From Eledone cirrhosa (taxonomy: Eukaryota), in the NCBI GenBank assembly GCA_964016885.1, contig OZ024744.1, positions 9,796,001 to 9,860,000 of the forward strand: 64,000 nucleotides of DNA, given 5' to 3'. Numbering within the stretch: position 1 is the stretch's first letter; each line of letters begins with the position of its first letter. The notes beneath the pieces are model-generated. The model saw only the letters and a list, made by a program, of their open reading frames with translations, had not been told where the DNA came from and searched no databases. The position numbers and the translations under genes are program-made. Positions 23,514-37,355 of this stretch are shown here, piece after piece.

Positions 23514-26500
23514 ATCATCATCATCGTTTAACGTCCATCTTCCACGCTTGCATGGGTTTGGACGGGAGGTTTCCCACTTGAGGCAAGATTTGTTGTCCTG
23601 CTCGTATAGGACTGTCTGGTTAGTTTTCTACGGCTGGATGCCCTTCCCAACACCAACCACGTTTACAGTGTGGACTGGGAGGTTTTTGCCATGTTATCTA
23701 CACGGCCACATTACAGCGTGGACTGTGTGTTTTTTTGTTGTGACACCTACACGACCTCATTTGTTTCGGACTGGATGTTGTGGTACCAACATAACTTCAC
23801 ATTTAATGGGGTGGGGGTAGTGGGACGGGGGATGTATTTTGTTAGAGGCGCCTACTGACTGTAGTAGGTTTCGCTTTGTACTTAGGCAAGGCGGGTCTTC
23901 TGTATGACTGTGTAGCGCCAAAGGTCTCGGTCAAGTGACATTGTCTTGGAGAGGTGTGTGTGAGGTCGGAATTTATCAAGTCGTCCCAGGTTTTTCTGGG
24001 TCTGCCTACTCCGTGGCTACCGTCTATTTTTATCGCCCTGCACTTTTTTATACAGCTGTCTTTCATGTGCATCACGTGACCGTACCAACGTAGTCTTCTC
24101 ACGAGTAAACAACATCTGATCCCTCTTATTCCTAATTTCTCCCTTAGTTCGTTTATACTTTGCCGTTCACGTATATTACTATTACACATCCAGCGGAGCA
24201 TGCAAGCTTCGTTCCTCTCTAGTCTGCATATATCCTCTGCACACAATGCCCAGGTCTCACTGCCATGTAACATTGCTGTTCTTATGCAGGCATCATACAG
24301 CCTGCTTTTCATTTTTAGAGAGAACCCTTTAGCGGCCAATAGTGGTATAAGCTCTCTGAACTCTTTCCATCCCGTTCTGACTCTAGCTACTGTACTTTCA
24401 GAGCACCCTCCCCACTGCTGATTTTGTCACCTAGGTAATGGAAGGTGTCCACTATTTCTATAGAACCATCTGTGCAATGGAATGAGCTAGTATTCTGTGG
24501 GCACTTGCTGCTACTTATTGCACCAGAGCACCGGCCACATATAAAATCTATATTCTTAGTTAGCTTACCTGTGATCCCACTACATCTTTTATGCACCCAT
24601 ACTTTGCATTTGGGACATAAAATGGAGTTTCTACCTACTCCTTTCCTACACACTGAGCATGGCCATTTCCCAGATGGGATCGGTGCCCTATTTTCCTTCC
24701 TACAAACTAGTACTTTAGTCTTAGACAAGTTAACTTTAAGGCCTTTTGATTCTAGGCCATGCTTCCATGTTTGGAATTTCTTCTCTAGCTCAGCCATTGA
24801 TTCAGCTATGAGCGTTAGATCATCTGCATATAGGAGTTCCCCTGGGCAGCCGGTCTTGAACTCCTCTGTTATAGCCTGAAGGGCAATAATAAATAGTAGG
24901 GGGCTAAGAACGGAGCCCTGATGAACACCAACTTTTACGCTAAACTCTTCACTTTATCCGTTGTTAATTCTAACCTTGCTGACTGTTTCTTTATACATGG
25001 CTTGTATAGCTCTCACAAGCCATTCATCAACACCTAGTTTTCTATCTGCCCACCAGATAATTAAGCGGGGGACTCTGTCAAAGGCTTTCTCCAAGTCAAC
25101 AAAAGCTAAGTATAAGGGTTTACTTTTAGCTAGGTACTTCTCTTGTAGTTGTCGTACAATGAAAAGAGCGTCAGTGGTACTTTTACCTGACACAAACCCG
25201 AACTGCATTTCATCTAGATCAATTCGCTCTCTGATTAGTTGCGCTATTACTTTTTCTGTGACCTTCATGACCTGGTCGATTAATTTAATGCCTCTATAGT
25301 TACCCCTATCAAGAGCATCTCCTTTACTCTTGTAGCAGTTAATGATGATGCTGCTACGCCAGTCCTTCAGAACGGCCCCATTCTGTATGACTTGGTTTAC
25401 TATCCGGGTGACCATAGTGTGTCCCACCGTTCCAGATGCCTTCAGCATTACAGCAGCTATTTCTGAAGGCTCGGCCGCCTTACCCGTCTTCATATCTTTG
25501 ATTGCCTTACTTATTATACTACCTTCAACTCGCATTGCTGGTCCCTCTATTGGATCAATGTGGGGGAGACTCTCTTTCTCCCATTTATTCTCCTCATTTA
25601 GTAGCCTTTCGTAGTGACACTTCCAAGCTACCTTCTTATCAGCGTCATTGATGGCAAGTACACCATCATCATTTAGGACACACTTCTCCCCGACAATATC
25701 ACGGTTTTCCTTGACACATTGCCTAGCAATCCTGAACACTTCATGTTTCTGGTCCTCGCGTTGTAGAACATGCTTGAACTTTCTTTCCTCTGCTGCCCTT
25801 CTTGCGAAGTACACTTGTCTCCTAGCTTCCCTCCTGGCCACTTGATAGTCTTCTCTACTTCCCCCCTCCTGCCATACTTTCTAAGCCTGCTTTTTGGCCT
25901 TAATTGACTCCTCCACCTTACTATTCCACCACCACGTTACTTTCCTCCTGCATATAGGCCTGTTCCAGCCACAAACTTCATCTGCTACCTTCAGCAGGTT
26001 AGCTTTCAGGAATACCCACTGTTCCTCTATATTGTACGACTCTAATTGCTCTTCCTTACTGTTGAAAGCATCAAGTAATATGCTTTTAAATTTATTTCTG
26101 GCTGTGGGGTCCTTTAGCTTCCATATTTTTCTCCTGAGGATAGTCCTCCTCTGTTGTCGAGTACGTCTTGTCCTGACTATGAGGTCGCTGACTATGAGTC
26201 TATGTTGGGAGGTGCATTCTTCATGGGGGAGGGATTTAGTGTTTACAACAGACACTCTGTCACGTCTTCTGGTAAGGATATAATCTACCTGGCTTGTGTG
26301 TTCCCCCGATCTATAGGTGATCAAGTGATTGTCTCGTTTTTTGAAGTTAGTGTTACAGATAGTTAGGTTATTTGCGTTGCAGAATTCCAGGATTCTGGAG
26401 CCTTCCTCATTTCTAGTACCAAACCCTTAGTCTCGATGGATTCCATCATAGCCGTCACAATGTTGTCCAACGTGACCATTTAGGTCGCCAGCAATAATTA

Positions 26501-27800
26501 TATAGTCACTGTCGGTTATTTGGGAGGTAGTGAGCATCAGTGTCTCATAGAATATGTCTTTTATAGTGCCAGGCAGTCCGGATTGGGGTGCACACACAGA
26601 TATTACTGTCACAGTAGTTCTATTTAGGACAAGTCTTATTTTAATTATTCTGTCGTTCACTCTATTTACGTCTATTATCTTATCTACCCATTTCTCTGCT
26701 AACATGATTCCTACCCCACCCAGCCCATTTTCATTTCCCACCCAGAAAAGCTTATAGCATCGTTTTTTACCCACAATGAATTTAGCAGACCCACCCCTCC
26801 ACCTGGTCTCTTGAAAACAACAAACATCGACCTGCTTACGTTCAAGCATTTCTACAACCTCATTAGAGCGACCTTTTAAGGTGCCTACATTCATGGTACC
26901 AACTCTGAAGTTTTGGATTGTGTTTGGTGGGTGGGAACGGTGGGGCGCAGGGAGGGGTGTGGGGGATGGGGTTGGGGTTATGTTGGCCATCCACGGCCGA
27001 AACAAAGAGGAGTCATTGTCTTTTCGTCCGGCAGCATGTGGTGAATTTGTCTTTATCTTTAGCATTGTCACTGAGTGTCCAGATTTTTCAGACTCTCCAG
27101 AATTCCTTAGTCCATCCATCATATCGGCAAGCAACCAGAAGTGATAGCATAGGCCGCTGACTTATGATTGGTCCTAATAATAATTGTTTCTACTTTAGGC
27201 ACAAGGCCAGCAATTACCCAGTGCATTACTGGTACTTTATTTTATCAACCCCGTAAGGATGAAAGGCAAAGTCAACCTCGGCGGGATTTGAACTCAGATC
27301 ATAAAGGGATGTAACTATGCTGGAAAGCATGGCGTCCGACCCTCTACCGATATTGCCAATCCACCGCGATTGGTCCTAATAATAATGGTGGAGAGTGGGG
27401 GTGGGTTGTAGGGGTATGGGGAAGTTAGCGAGAGGGTTTAAATGAAATCTTCGGATTTTGGGCATAATTGGAGAAGCATATAACAGTAATAATAAGCGAA
27501 TAATGGGGTTTTAAAATACAAGAAGATTATTTAGAAACAACCAGACAGAATTATAGAATAGCATTGAGAGAGAGCAAAAGATTGGATTCTGGGTGATGTT
27601 ACGGATATATGAATGAATGGACCGATAGGCTGGAGAGACATTATACTTCGCAGGGAACGACGAGGTCTGACCATTAATAAGCGTTGACAAATTCTGTGAT
27701 TCGTACCTCGTAACAGGTTTATTTATATTTGGTGAGAGAAGGGAGTGATTGAAAGGGTGAACTAGCCGGCGCGTAATACGATATAGTGGGGCCGGGGGTA
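23514..27800 (-). mobile_element. Near-full-length decayed RTE-C LINE
   Basis: Collinear ORF pieces 26427-27134 (APE), 25881-26324, 24954-25841 (RT), 24387-24797 (PHD), 23842-24339; tail at 23514; 5' limit approximate. Confidence 0.93.
27185..27367 (-). mobile_element. Full-length SINE family 2 inserted in the RTE-C 5' region, 19-bp TSD
   Basis: gattggtcctaataataat at 27166-27184 and 27368-27386; empty-site homolog near 48608-48630. Confidence 0.92.
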
Positions 27801-27803
27801 TTC

Positions 27804-27855
<52 letters not shown>

Positions 27856-27869
27856 GTATATATATAACT

Positions 27870-28092
27870 TTGAATAACTTTGAAATGTTTTGGCCAGTAT
27901 TGGCCCAGGCCATGTCTAACTTAATAGCACCACCTGGCGAAGTCTTTCAATTCAGGATTTGGGCACCATGGCCCATTCGAGAAGAGAATTACTGTTTGCG
28001 GAGACATATCCGGGTGTGGGTGGTTTGTCCGGGATTACTTGGAGGAATTTGTCCAAAGACTTCTTGAATTTTGTGTGGTCAGTTTCTGTTTT
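27870..28092 (-). mobile_element. CR1-group LINE extreme 3' end
   Basis: [32 protein letters not shown]; flanked by (TA)n. Confidence 0.65.
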
Positions 28093-28129
28093 ATATATGT
28101 GTATATATATATATGTATATATATATATG

Positions 28130-28162
<33 letters not shown>

Positions 28163-28277
28163 GTGTATATATATATATGTATATGTGTATATGTATATAT
28201 ATATATATGTATATATATATGTATATGTATATATATATGTATATATATATATGTATATATATATATGTATATATATA

Positions 28278-28826
28278 TCATCATCATCATCATCATCAGG
28301 TTTAGCGTCCGTGTTCCACGCTTGCATGGGTTTGGACGGGGGTTTTCCCACTTGAGGCAAGAGTGGTTGTCTTGCTCGCATAGGACTGTCTGGCGGGTTT
28401 TCTATGGCTGGATGCCCTTCCTAACACCAACCACGTTTACAGTGTGGGGCTGGGAGGTTTTTACCGTGTTGCCTACACGGCCACATTACAGCGTGGACTG
28501 TCTGGCGGGTTTTCTACAGCTGGATGCCCTTCCTAACACCAACCACATTTAGAGTGTGGGGCTGGGAGGTTTTTACCGTGTTGCCTACACGGCCACATTA
28601 CAGCGTGGACTGTCTGGCGGGTTTTCTACAGCTGGATGCCCTTCCTAACACCAACCACATTTACAGTGTGGGGCTGGGAGGTTTTTACCGTGTTGCCTAC
28701 ACGGTCACGTTACAGCGTGGACTGTGTGTTTTTTTGTTGTGACACCTACACGATCTCATTTGTTTCGGCCTGGATGTTGTGGGACCAACATAACTTTACA
28801 TTGAAAGGAGCGGTGTGGATGGGGTG
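28278..28826 (-). mobile_element. RTE-C 3' UTR with 112-bp triplication
   Basis: gactgtctggcgggttttcta at 28384, 28496, 28608; matches 44937-45260. Confidence 0.9.
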
Positions 28827-28831
28827 ATATG

Positions 28832-28892
<61 letters not shown>

Positions 28893-29234
28893 GTATATAT
28901 ATGTATATATGTATATATGTATATGTATATATATATATGTATCTATATGTATATATATATATGTATATATATATATGTATATATATGTATATATATGTAT
29001 ATATATGTATGTATATTATATGTATATATATGTATATATATGTATGTATATATATGTATATATATGTATGTATATATATGTATATATATGTATATATATA
29101 TATGTATATATATGTATATATATATGTATATATATATATGTATATATATGTATATATGTATATATATGTATATATATATGTATATATATATGTATGTATA
29201 TATATATGTATATATATATATGTATATATATATG

Positions 29235-29265
<31 letters not shown>

Positions 29266-29757
29266 GTATATATATATGTATATATATATATATGTATATA
29301 TGTATATATATATATGTATATATATGTATATATATGTATATATATATATGTATATATATGTATATATATATATGTATATATATATATGTATATATATGTA
29401 TATATATATATGTATATATATATATGTATATGTATGTATATATATATGTGTATATATATATATGTATATATATATATGTATATATATATGTGTATATATA
29501 TATATGTATATATATATGTGTATATATATATATGTGTATATATATATATGTATATATATATATATGTATATATATATGTGTATATATATATATGTATATA
29601 TATATATGTATATATATATGTATATATATATATGTGTATATATATATATGTATATATATATATGTATATATATATGTATATATATATATATGTATATATA
29701 TATATGTATATATATATATGTATATATATATGTATATATATATATATGTATATATGT
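28827..29757. repeat. Interrupted (TA)n/(TATG) microsatellite
   Basis: Low-complexity alternating purine-pyrimidine tract. Confidence 0.97.
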
Positions 29758-30184
29758 AGATAAATCTACCAAGAGTTTACGGTAGTGTCCAATCCGTATG
29801 AAGAACTCAATGTATTCCGGATATCATGGAAAGAAGAGATGTAATGAAAAATCACTTTCGGTGAAAGATAAACGGAATACAGAGTCAAGATAAAATATTA
29901 AACAAATAATGAATAAAACAATGAAACAGTTCCTTATATTAAACAAAAAAAGTTCATTATTTAACGATCGTTTCTAGGATATATATGTGTTAGAATTGGC
30001 ATGCATATTCAACAGATCTATGTACAAAATTATACAAAATTATACAAACTATCAAGATTAAATATACATACCAAACACACATATATGCCGTCTTCAGAAA
30101 TAATGAAATATATTTATTGATAATAACAACAATTCAAAATTTCAGGTCCGTTTGGGAACGGAGTTCAAAATTGACCAATGGTCA

Positions 30185-30231
30185 ATATATATATATATGT
30201 ATATATATATGTATATATATGTATATATATG

Positions 30232-30262
<31 letters not shown>

Positions 30263-32052
30263 GTATATATATATATATGTATATATATATGTATGTATAT
30301 ATGTATATATATATGTATATATATATGTATATATATATATATGTATATGTATATATATGTATATATATATGTATATATATATGTATATATATATATGTAT
30401 ATATATATATGTATATATATATATGTATATATATATGTATATATATATATATATGTATATATATATGTATATATATATATGTATATATATATGTATATAT
30501 ATATATATATGTATATATATATGTATATATATATATGTATATATATATGTATATATATATATGTATATATATATGTATATATATATGTATATATATATAT
30601 GTATATATATATGTATATGTATATATATATGTATATATATATATATATGTATATATATATGTATATATATATATGTATATATATATGTATATATATATAT
30701 ATGTATATATATGTATATATATATATGTATATATATATGTATATATATATATATGTATATATATGTATATATATATATGTATATGTATATATATATATGT
30801 GTATATGTATATATGTATATGTATATATATATATGTGTATATGTATATATATATATGTATATATATATATGTATATATATGTATATATATATATGTATAT
30901 ATATATATGTATATATATATATGTATGTATATGTATATATATATATGTATATATATATATGTATATATATATATGTATATATATGTATATATATATATGT
31001 ATATATATATATGTATATATATGTATATATATATATGTATATACATACATATATACACACACACATATACATACATATATATATACATACACATATACAC
31101 ACATATATACATACACATATATATACATACATATATACATACATATATACATATACACATATACACATACATACACATATATATACACACATATACATAT
31201 ACATACATATACATATACACACATACATATACATACATACATATATATGTGTATGTATATGTGTATGTATATATATATGTATGTATATATGTATGTATGT
31301 ATGTATGTGTATATGTATGTATATGTGTATGTATATATGTATGTATATGTGTATGTATGTATATATATGTGTGTGTATGTATATATATATGTATGTATAT
31401 ATATATGTATGTATATATATATGTATGTATGTGTATATGTATGTATATGTGTGTGTATGTATATATATATGTATGTATATATATATGTGTGTATGTATAT
31501 ATGTATGTATATATATGTGTGTATATATATATGTATGTATATATATATGTATATATATGTGTATGTATATATATGTATGTGTATGTATGTATATATATGT
31601 ATGTATATGTATGTATATATATATGTGTATGTATATATATGTATATATATATATGTGTGTATGTATATGTGTGTATATATATGTGTATATATGTATATGT
31701 ATATATATATGTGTATGTGTATATATGTATATATATATGTATGTATGTGTATATATGTGTATGTATGTATGTATATGTATATATGTATGTATATATGTAT
31801 GTATATATGTATGTGTGTATGTATATATGTATGTGTGTATGTGTATGTATATATATATGTGTGTATATGTATATATGTGTGTATGTGTATGTATGTATAT
31901 ATATGTATGTATATGTATGTATGTATGTATATGTGTGTATGTATGTATATATATATGTATGTATATATATATATGTATGTATATATATATGTATGTATAT
32001 GTATATATGTATGTATATATATATGTATGTATATATATATGTATGTACATAT
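30185..32052. repeat. 1.9-kb interrupted (TA)n/(TG)/(CA) microsatellite
   Basis: G-interrupted blocks flank a C-interrupted block at ~31041-31245. Confidence 0.97.
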
Positions 32053-32949
32053 TATGTCAGGTCACCAGTTGGTGCTACTGGTAACATGTATCCCAGTACA
32101 ACCTGTCCCATGGTCGGGTCGTTGGCGACTAAACTGGCAACCCCACCAAGGTTTCTTGGTGAGGAGGGTGACTTTGGACATCCTGCAGGACTAAAAACAA
32201 AACCTGTCAAAAGGGCAAAGGAGCTCTTAAGAGTCAATGGCCATCCAAAATCACCGGGAGAGATGACCCCTTAGCCTTTGTCAAGGCAGAATTCTAGGAG
32301 AAGGAAAACTCTGATATAACACCTGCAACCCTGATGGTATCCAATGATGTTGACTTGTTCTTCTTTTTGGTAAATATCATCTTGGTTAAGAGAGTGGGAC
32401 TGGCCTTGTGCAGTGCCTTTGCTCACTATAAAAGCTTCACGGCACAGGCATTGCTTTATATCTGGAGATCTCTCTGCACTTGTCGTCACATGGTACCATG
32501 GGCCCAGCACTATGTGTCAGTAATTGTCACAGGTGTAGTGTTTGTACCAGAGTTTTCAAGTCGCTGACTGGACTAAAAAGTCACACTCGTTCAGCGCATC
32601 GGTAGGGGTTCTCCTACATGGATATAAGGTAGTGGCCGTACTCGAAAACGAGTTGGCAGCCACCATATATATATGTATATATATGTATATATATATATGT
32701 ATATATATGTATATATATATATATGTATATATATGTATATATATATGTATATGTATGTATATATGTATATATATATATGTATATGTATGTATATATGTAT
32801 ATATATATGTATATGTATGCATATATGTATATATATATGTATATGTATGCATATATGTATATATATATATATGTATATGTATGCATATATGTATATATAT
32901 ATATGTATATGTATGTATATATGTATATATATATATATATATATATACA

Positions 32950-34245
32950 CTAGCATGGGTCTAGACCGGAGTTGTCCCACTTGAGGCAAGGTTGGTCTGG
33001 TGACCGTGTCTTGCTCGTATAGGACTATCTGGCAGGTTTTCTATGGCTGGATGCCCTTCCTAACACCAACCACGTTTACAGTATGGACTGGGAACATTTT
33101 ACTGTGTTACCTACACAGCCACATTACAGCGTGGACTGTGTGTTTTTTTCGTTGTGACACCTACACAACCTCATTTGTTTGGACTGGATGTTGTGGTACC
33201 AACATAACTTTACAGAGAAAGAGTGGTGTTGGTGGGAGGGTGGTGGAGGGGTAGTGGGTTTGGGTGTATATTTGGTTAAGAGGTGCCTACTGACTAGGTT
33301 TCGCTTTGTACATAAGCAAGGTGGGTCTTCTGTATTACTGCGTAGCGCCAAAGGTCTCGGTCCAGTGACATTGTCTTGGAGAGGTGTAGGTGTGTGAGGT
33401 CGGAATTTATCAAGTCGTCCCAGGTTTTTCTGGGTCTGCCTACTACGTGGCTACCGTCTATTTTTATCGCCCTGCACTTTTTTATGCAGCTGTCTTTCAT
33501 GCGCATCACGTGGCCATACCAACGTAGTCTTCTCTCGAGTAAACAGCATCTGATCCCTCTTATTTCTAATTTGTCACTTAGTTCATTTATGTTTTGCCGT
33601 TCGCGTATATTACTATTACACATCCAACGGAGCATGCATGCTTCGTTCCTTTCCAGTCTACGCAGGTCCTCTGCACGTAATGCCCATGTCTCACTGCCAT
33701 GTAGCATTGGTGTTCGTATACAGGCATCATACAATCTGCCTTTCATTTTTAGAGAGAACCCTTTAGCGGCTAATAGTGGTATAAACTCTCTGAACTTTTT
33801 CCATCCCGTTCTGACTCTGGCTACTGTACTTTCAGAACACCCTCCACCACTGCTGTTTTTGTCACCCAGGTAATGGAAAGTGTCCACTATTTCTATAGAA
33901 CCTTCTGGGCAATAGAAGGAGCTAGTATCCTGTGGACACTTGCTAATTATTTCACCTGAACATTGGCCACATATAAAATCTACGTTCTTAGATAGCTTAC
34001 CTGTGATCCCACTACATCTTTTATGTACCCATACTTTGCATGGAGTTTCTGCCTACTCCTTTCCTACACACTGAGCATGGCCATTTTCCAGAGGGGACCT
34101 GTGCCCTGTTTTCCTATCTACAAACTAGAACTTTAAGGCCTTTTGATTCTAGGCCATGCTTCCATGGTAACTTTAAGGCCTTTTGATTCTAGGCCATGCT
34201 TCCATGTTTGGAATTTCTTCTCTAGTTCAGCCATAGATTCAGCAT
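32950..34245 (-). mobile_element. 5'-truncated RTE-C LINE
   Basis: ORF 33294-33887 RTE C-terminus; 3' UTR cassette; short tandem duplication near 34130-34205. Confidence 0.9.
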
Positions 34246-34439
34246 ATATCAAACACGTTTCTGCAGACATTTCACAACGCGCATGTTCGAAATTTTAACG
34301 TCTTTTCATTTCATTTAACTTAAATTTGCTCCCATACAACCAAGTCTATCCGATCGAATTTTAAGTCTCTCTCTTTCGTTATCTTGGCAATTTAACATTT
34401 TGCATATACATTGTTTTAGTTTTCAAAATTTAAATTTGT

Positions 34440-34951
34440 GTTTAAGACTGGCTGTCCATGGGAACTTCTCTATGCTGACGATCTGGTTCTTATAGCATCA
34501 GTAGGGGAGCTAGAGAAGAAATTCTGGCTATGGAAATAGCAGTTGGAAGCAAGGGGACTGAGAATGAACCTAGCTAAGACAAAAGTGTTGATGAGTAGAA
34601 AAGAGGACAAAACTCTGATTTCATCAGGGAAATGGCCACGTTCCATATGCAGAAAAGGAACTGGCATAAATTCTATAAAATGTACGCAATGCAGATCTTG
34701 GGTACACAAGAGATGTAGTGGGATAGCAGGCAAACTAACAGGTAGGGAGAAATACTTATGCAGTAGATGTACATGGAAATTAGACAGTCGCATTGATAGA
34801 CATATTTTTCAAATGCAGGTGGGTGCTATAAAGTGGTTGATAGCTTCCGTTACCTAGGAGATCAGATTAGCATGGCAGAGGGAGGGGGGAGGGGGGTTCC
34901 TAGGCCATAGTATCTAGAATAAGGGCAGGTTGGAAGAAGTTTAGGGAGCTG
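34440..34951 (+). mobile_element. Internal RTE-A fragment (YADD to PHD region)
   Basis: tatgctgacgat; ORF 34543-34857 matches RTE-A. Confidence 0.88.
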
Positions 34952-35214
34952 GTTAGAAGATTGGTAAGGTGAAAAAGCTTGATAAATAGGTACCGCATGA
35001 GCTCAATGAAAATCAAAAAGTTTGGCGTTTTGAAGTGTGCTTGATGCTCTTTCTGCGAAACACCAATGGTCCTTTTCTTGACCGAATAGTCAATAGGCAG
35101 AGATGGATAAATGTTTACGGCTCATACCTTGACTAATCAAAACATTTCTGTTGTTAATTTTTCCAGAATAAAATTATGCTTCTGAAATCGGCCATTATGT
35201 TCGGAACAACCTAA
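34952..35214 (+). mobile_element. Internally deleted mariner remnant
   Basis: Manual translation IGKVKKLDK*VPHELNENQK...FLDRIV (WVPHEL motif), then a TIR-like end gttcggaacaaccta. Confidence 0.75.
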
Positions 35215-35405
35215 GGGCGCCTATGCTTCAAGAATGTTTTATGCCTGAAATAAGTAGAAAATTATTAAAGAGCATACATCAATTATAAGTATGTCAAAAT
35301 TCACCTAAAGTATAGTTAAAATACTATGATAAAATTGCGTTGTGAGAGAGTAGATTGAAACAGAGACATAGAGAGAGAGGGAGAATGAAAGAGAGAGCTG
35401 GTGTT

Positions 35406-35862
35406 CATCATCATCATCATCATCATCATCACCGTTTTACGTCCGTTCTTCCACGCTAGCATGGGTTAGACGGGTTGTCCTGTTGTGGGCAGTGTCTGGT
35501 CGGCTGACCATGCCTTGCTCATACAGGAACTGATTTGGCTTGATTTCTACAGCTGGATGCCCTTCCTAACACCAACCTCATTTACAGTGAGTGCTGGGTG
35601 CTTTTTCGTGGCGCCTACATGTCCACTTTACAGTGTGGGCTGGGTGCTTTTTTGCCGTGGCACCTCCACGACCACCTTGTGGTGGGGGCATATTGTCTAT
35701 ATGCTTCAGCTTGTACCCATGGGAGGTCGGGTACTCTGTATTACTGCGTGACGCCAGAGGTCACGGTCGTGTGTCATCGCCTTTGAGAAGTGTAATTGGG
35801 TAAGGTCGGCTTTTATCACCTCATCCCAGGTCATCTTGGGTCTCCCCACTCCGCGGTTTCTA
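35406..35862 (-). mobile_element. RTE-B 3' end with two 49-bp units in the UTR
   Basis: Matches 768-1170 and 11186-11360. Confidence 0.88.
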
Positions 35863-35943
35863 TGTTGTTATATAATAATAATAATGAAATTATTGTGTAA
35901 AGTGCTCAGCTGCACTACAACTTGTCAAAGGTGAATGCATAGT

Positions 35944-36436
35944 CTTCTTAGTCTTAGATTCGTCCGTGCCGTTTGGCGCACCGAGCAATCTGTACTCGCC
36001 AACTGTCATGATCAGCGGCAACTTTTTTGAGACCGTGCCAGGTGATGTTGACTGCCATTAGGTCCTTCCGGAACATTTGTCGCGAGGTGATACTTGGGCA
36101 ACCCTGCCTCCGTTTACCGCCAGGTGGAGTCCAGTTCATTGCTGTTTTCGAATGCCGTTTATTTGGGAGACGCAGAATATGGCCAGCCAGACGGCACCGA
36201 CGCTCCATGACCACTCTCTGTAGCATTCATGACTTGGCTCTCCGCAGGCACCGCTGGTGGAATCCGTTCAGCCATCTCTCTATTTTTGCCGTACTCTTCT
36301 AGGTCTCGCTTGCATAAAGCACTGTCGGCAGCACGATGCTCTTGTACAGGCGGAGCTTGGTCTTGGTGCTAATCCATGAAGACGACCAGACTGGGCACAG
36401 CCGCTGGAAAACTGCGGGTCCATTGCCGATCCGACA
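35944..36436 (-). mobile_element. Nested RTE-like LINE 3' fragment with 11-bp TSD
   Basis: TKLRLYKSIVLPTVLYASET and RLAGHILR...WTPPGGKRRQG; gaatgcatagt at 35933-35943 and 36437-36447. Confidence 0.85.
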
Positions 36437-36560
36437 GAATGCATAGTACATAGAATAATATACAAATGTCAGGAAGTGAATAGTGTATGAGTCATGATAT
36501 ACATGTGTGTATGTGTATGGAGGGGGAACATTAGGTGTAGTGATGGCGAATCTCGGGAAG

Positions 36561-37355
36561 CATGGAGGTTTTAAAGGATGCAGTGTCTCGACAGCTAACA
36601 ACTGATGCAGGTAGTTTGTTCCATGGAGGTTTTAAAGGATGTAGTGTCTTGACAGCTAACAACTGATGCTGGTAGTTTGTTCCATGGAGGTTTTAAAGGA
36701 TGCAGTGTCTCGACAGCTAACAACTGATGCTAGTAGTTTGTTCCATGGAGGCTTTAAAGGATGCAGTGTCTCGACAGCTAACAACTGATGCTGGTAGTTT
36801 GTTCCATGGAGGTTTTAAAGGATGTAGTGTCTCGACAGCTAACAACTGATGCTGGTAGTTTGTTCCATGGAGGTTTTAAAGGATGTAGTGTCCCGACAGC
36901 TAACAACTGATGCTGGTAGTTTGTTCCATGGAGGTTTTAAAGGATGCAGTGTCTCGACAGCTAACAACTGATGCTGGTAGTTTGTTCCATGGAGGTTTTA
37001 AAGGATGTAGTGTCTCGACAGCTAACAGCTGATGCAGGTAGTTTGTTCCATAGAGGTTTTAAAGGATGCAGTGTCCCGACAGCTAACAACTGATGCTGGT
37101 CGTTTGTTCCATGGAGGTTTTAAAGGATGCAGTGTCTCGACAGCTAACAACTGATGCTGGTAGTTTGTTCCATGGAAGTGTTAAAGGATGCAGTGTCTCG
37201 ACAGCTAACAACTGATGCTGGTAGTTTGTTCCATGGAGGTATTAGAGGATGCAGTGTCTCGACAGCTAACAACTGATGCTGGTATTTTGTTCCATGGAGG
37301 TATTAAAGGATGCAGTGTCTCGACAGCTAACAACTGATGCAGGTAGTTTGTTCCA
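36561..37355. repeat. 61-bp tandem array (~13 copies) derived from CR1 ORF2 C-terminal coding sequence
   Basis: Unit catggaggttttaaaggatgcagtgtctcgacagctaacaactgatgctggtagtttgttc; single-copy in the homolog at ~61025-61086. Confidence 0.95.

Noticed and set aside
28756-32274. Long ORFs of 290-698 aa rich in Y, I, M, C, V, H, T
   Set aside because: Translations of stop-free TA/TG/CA microsatellite, open in many frames on both strands.
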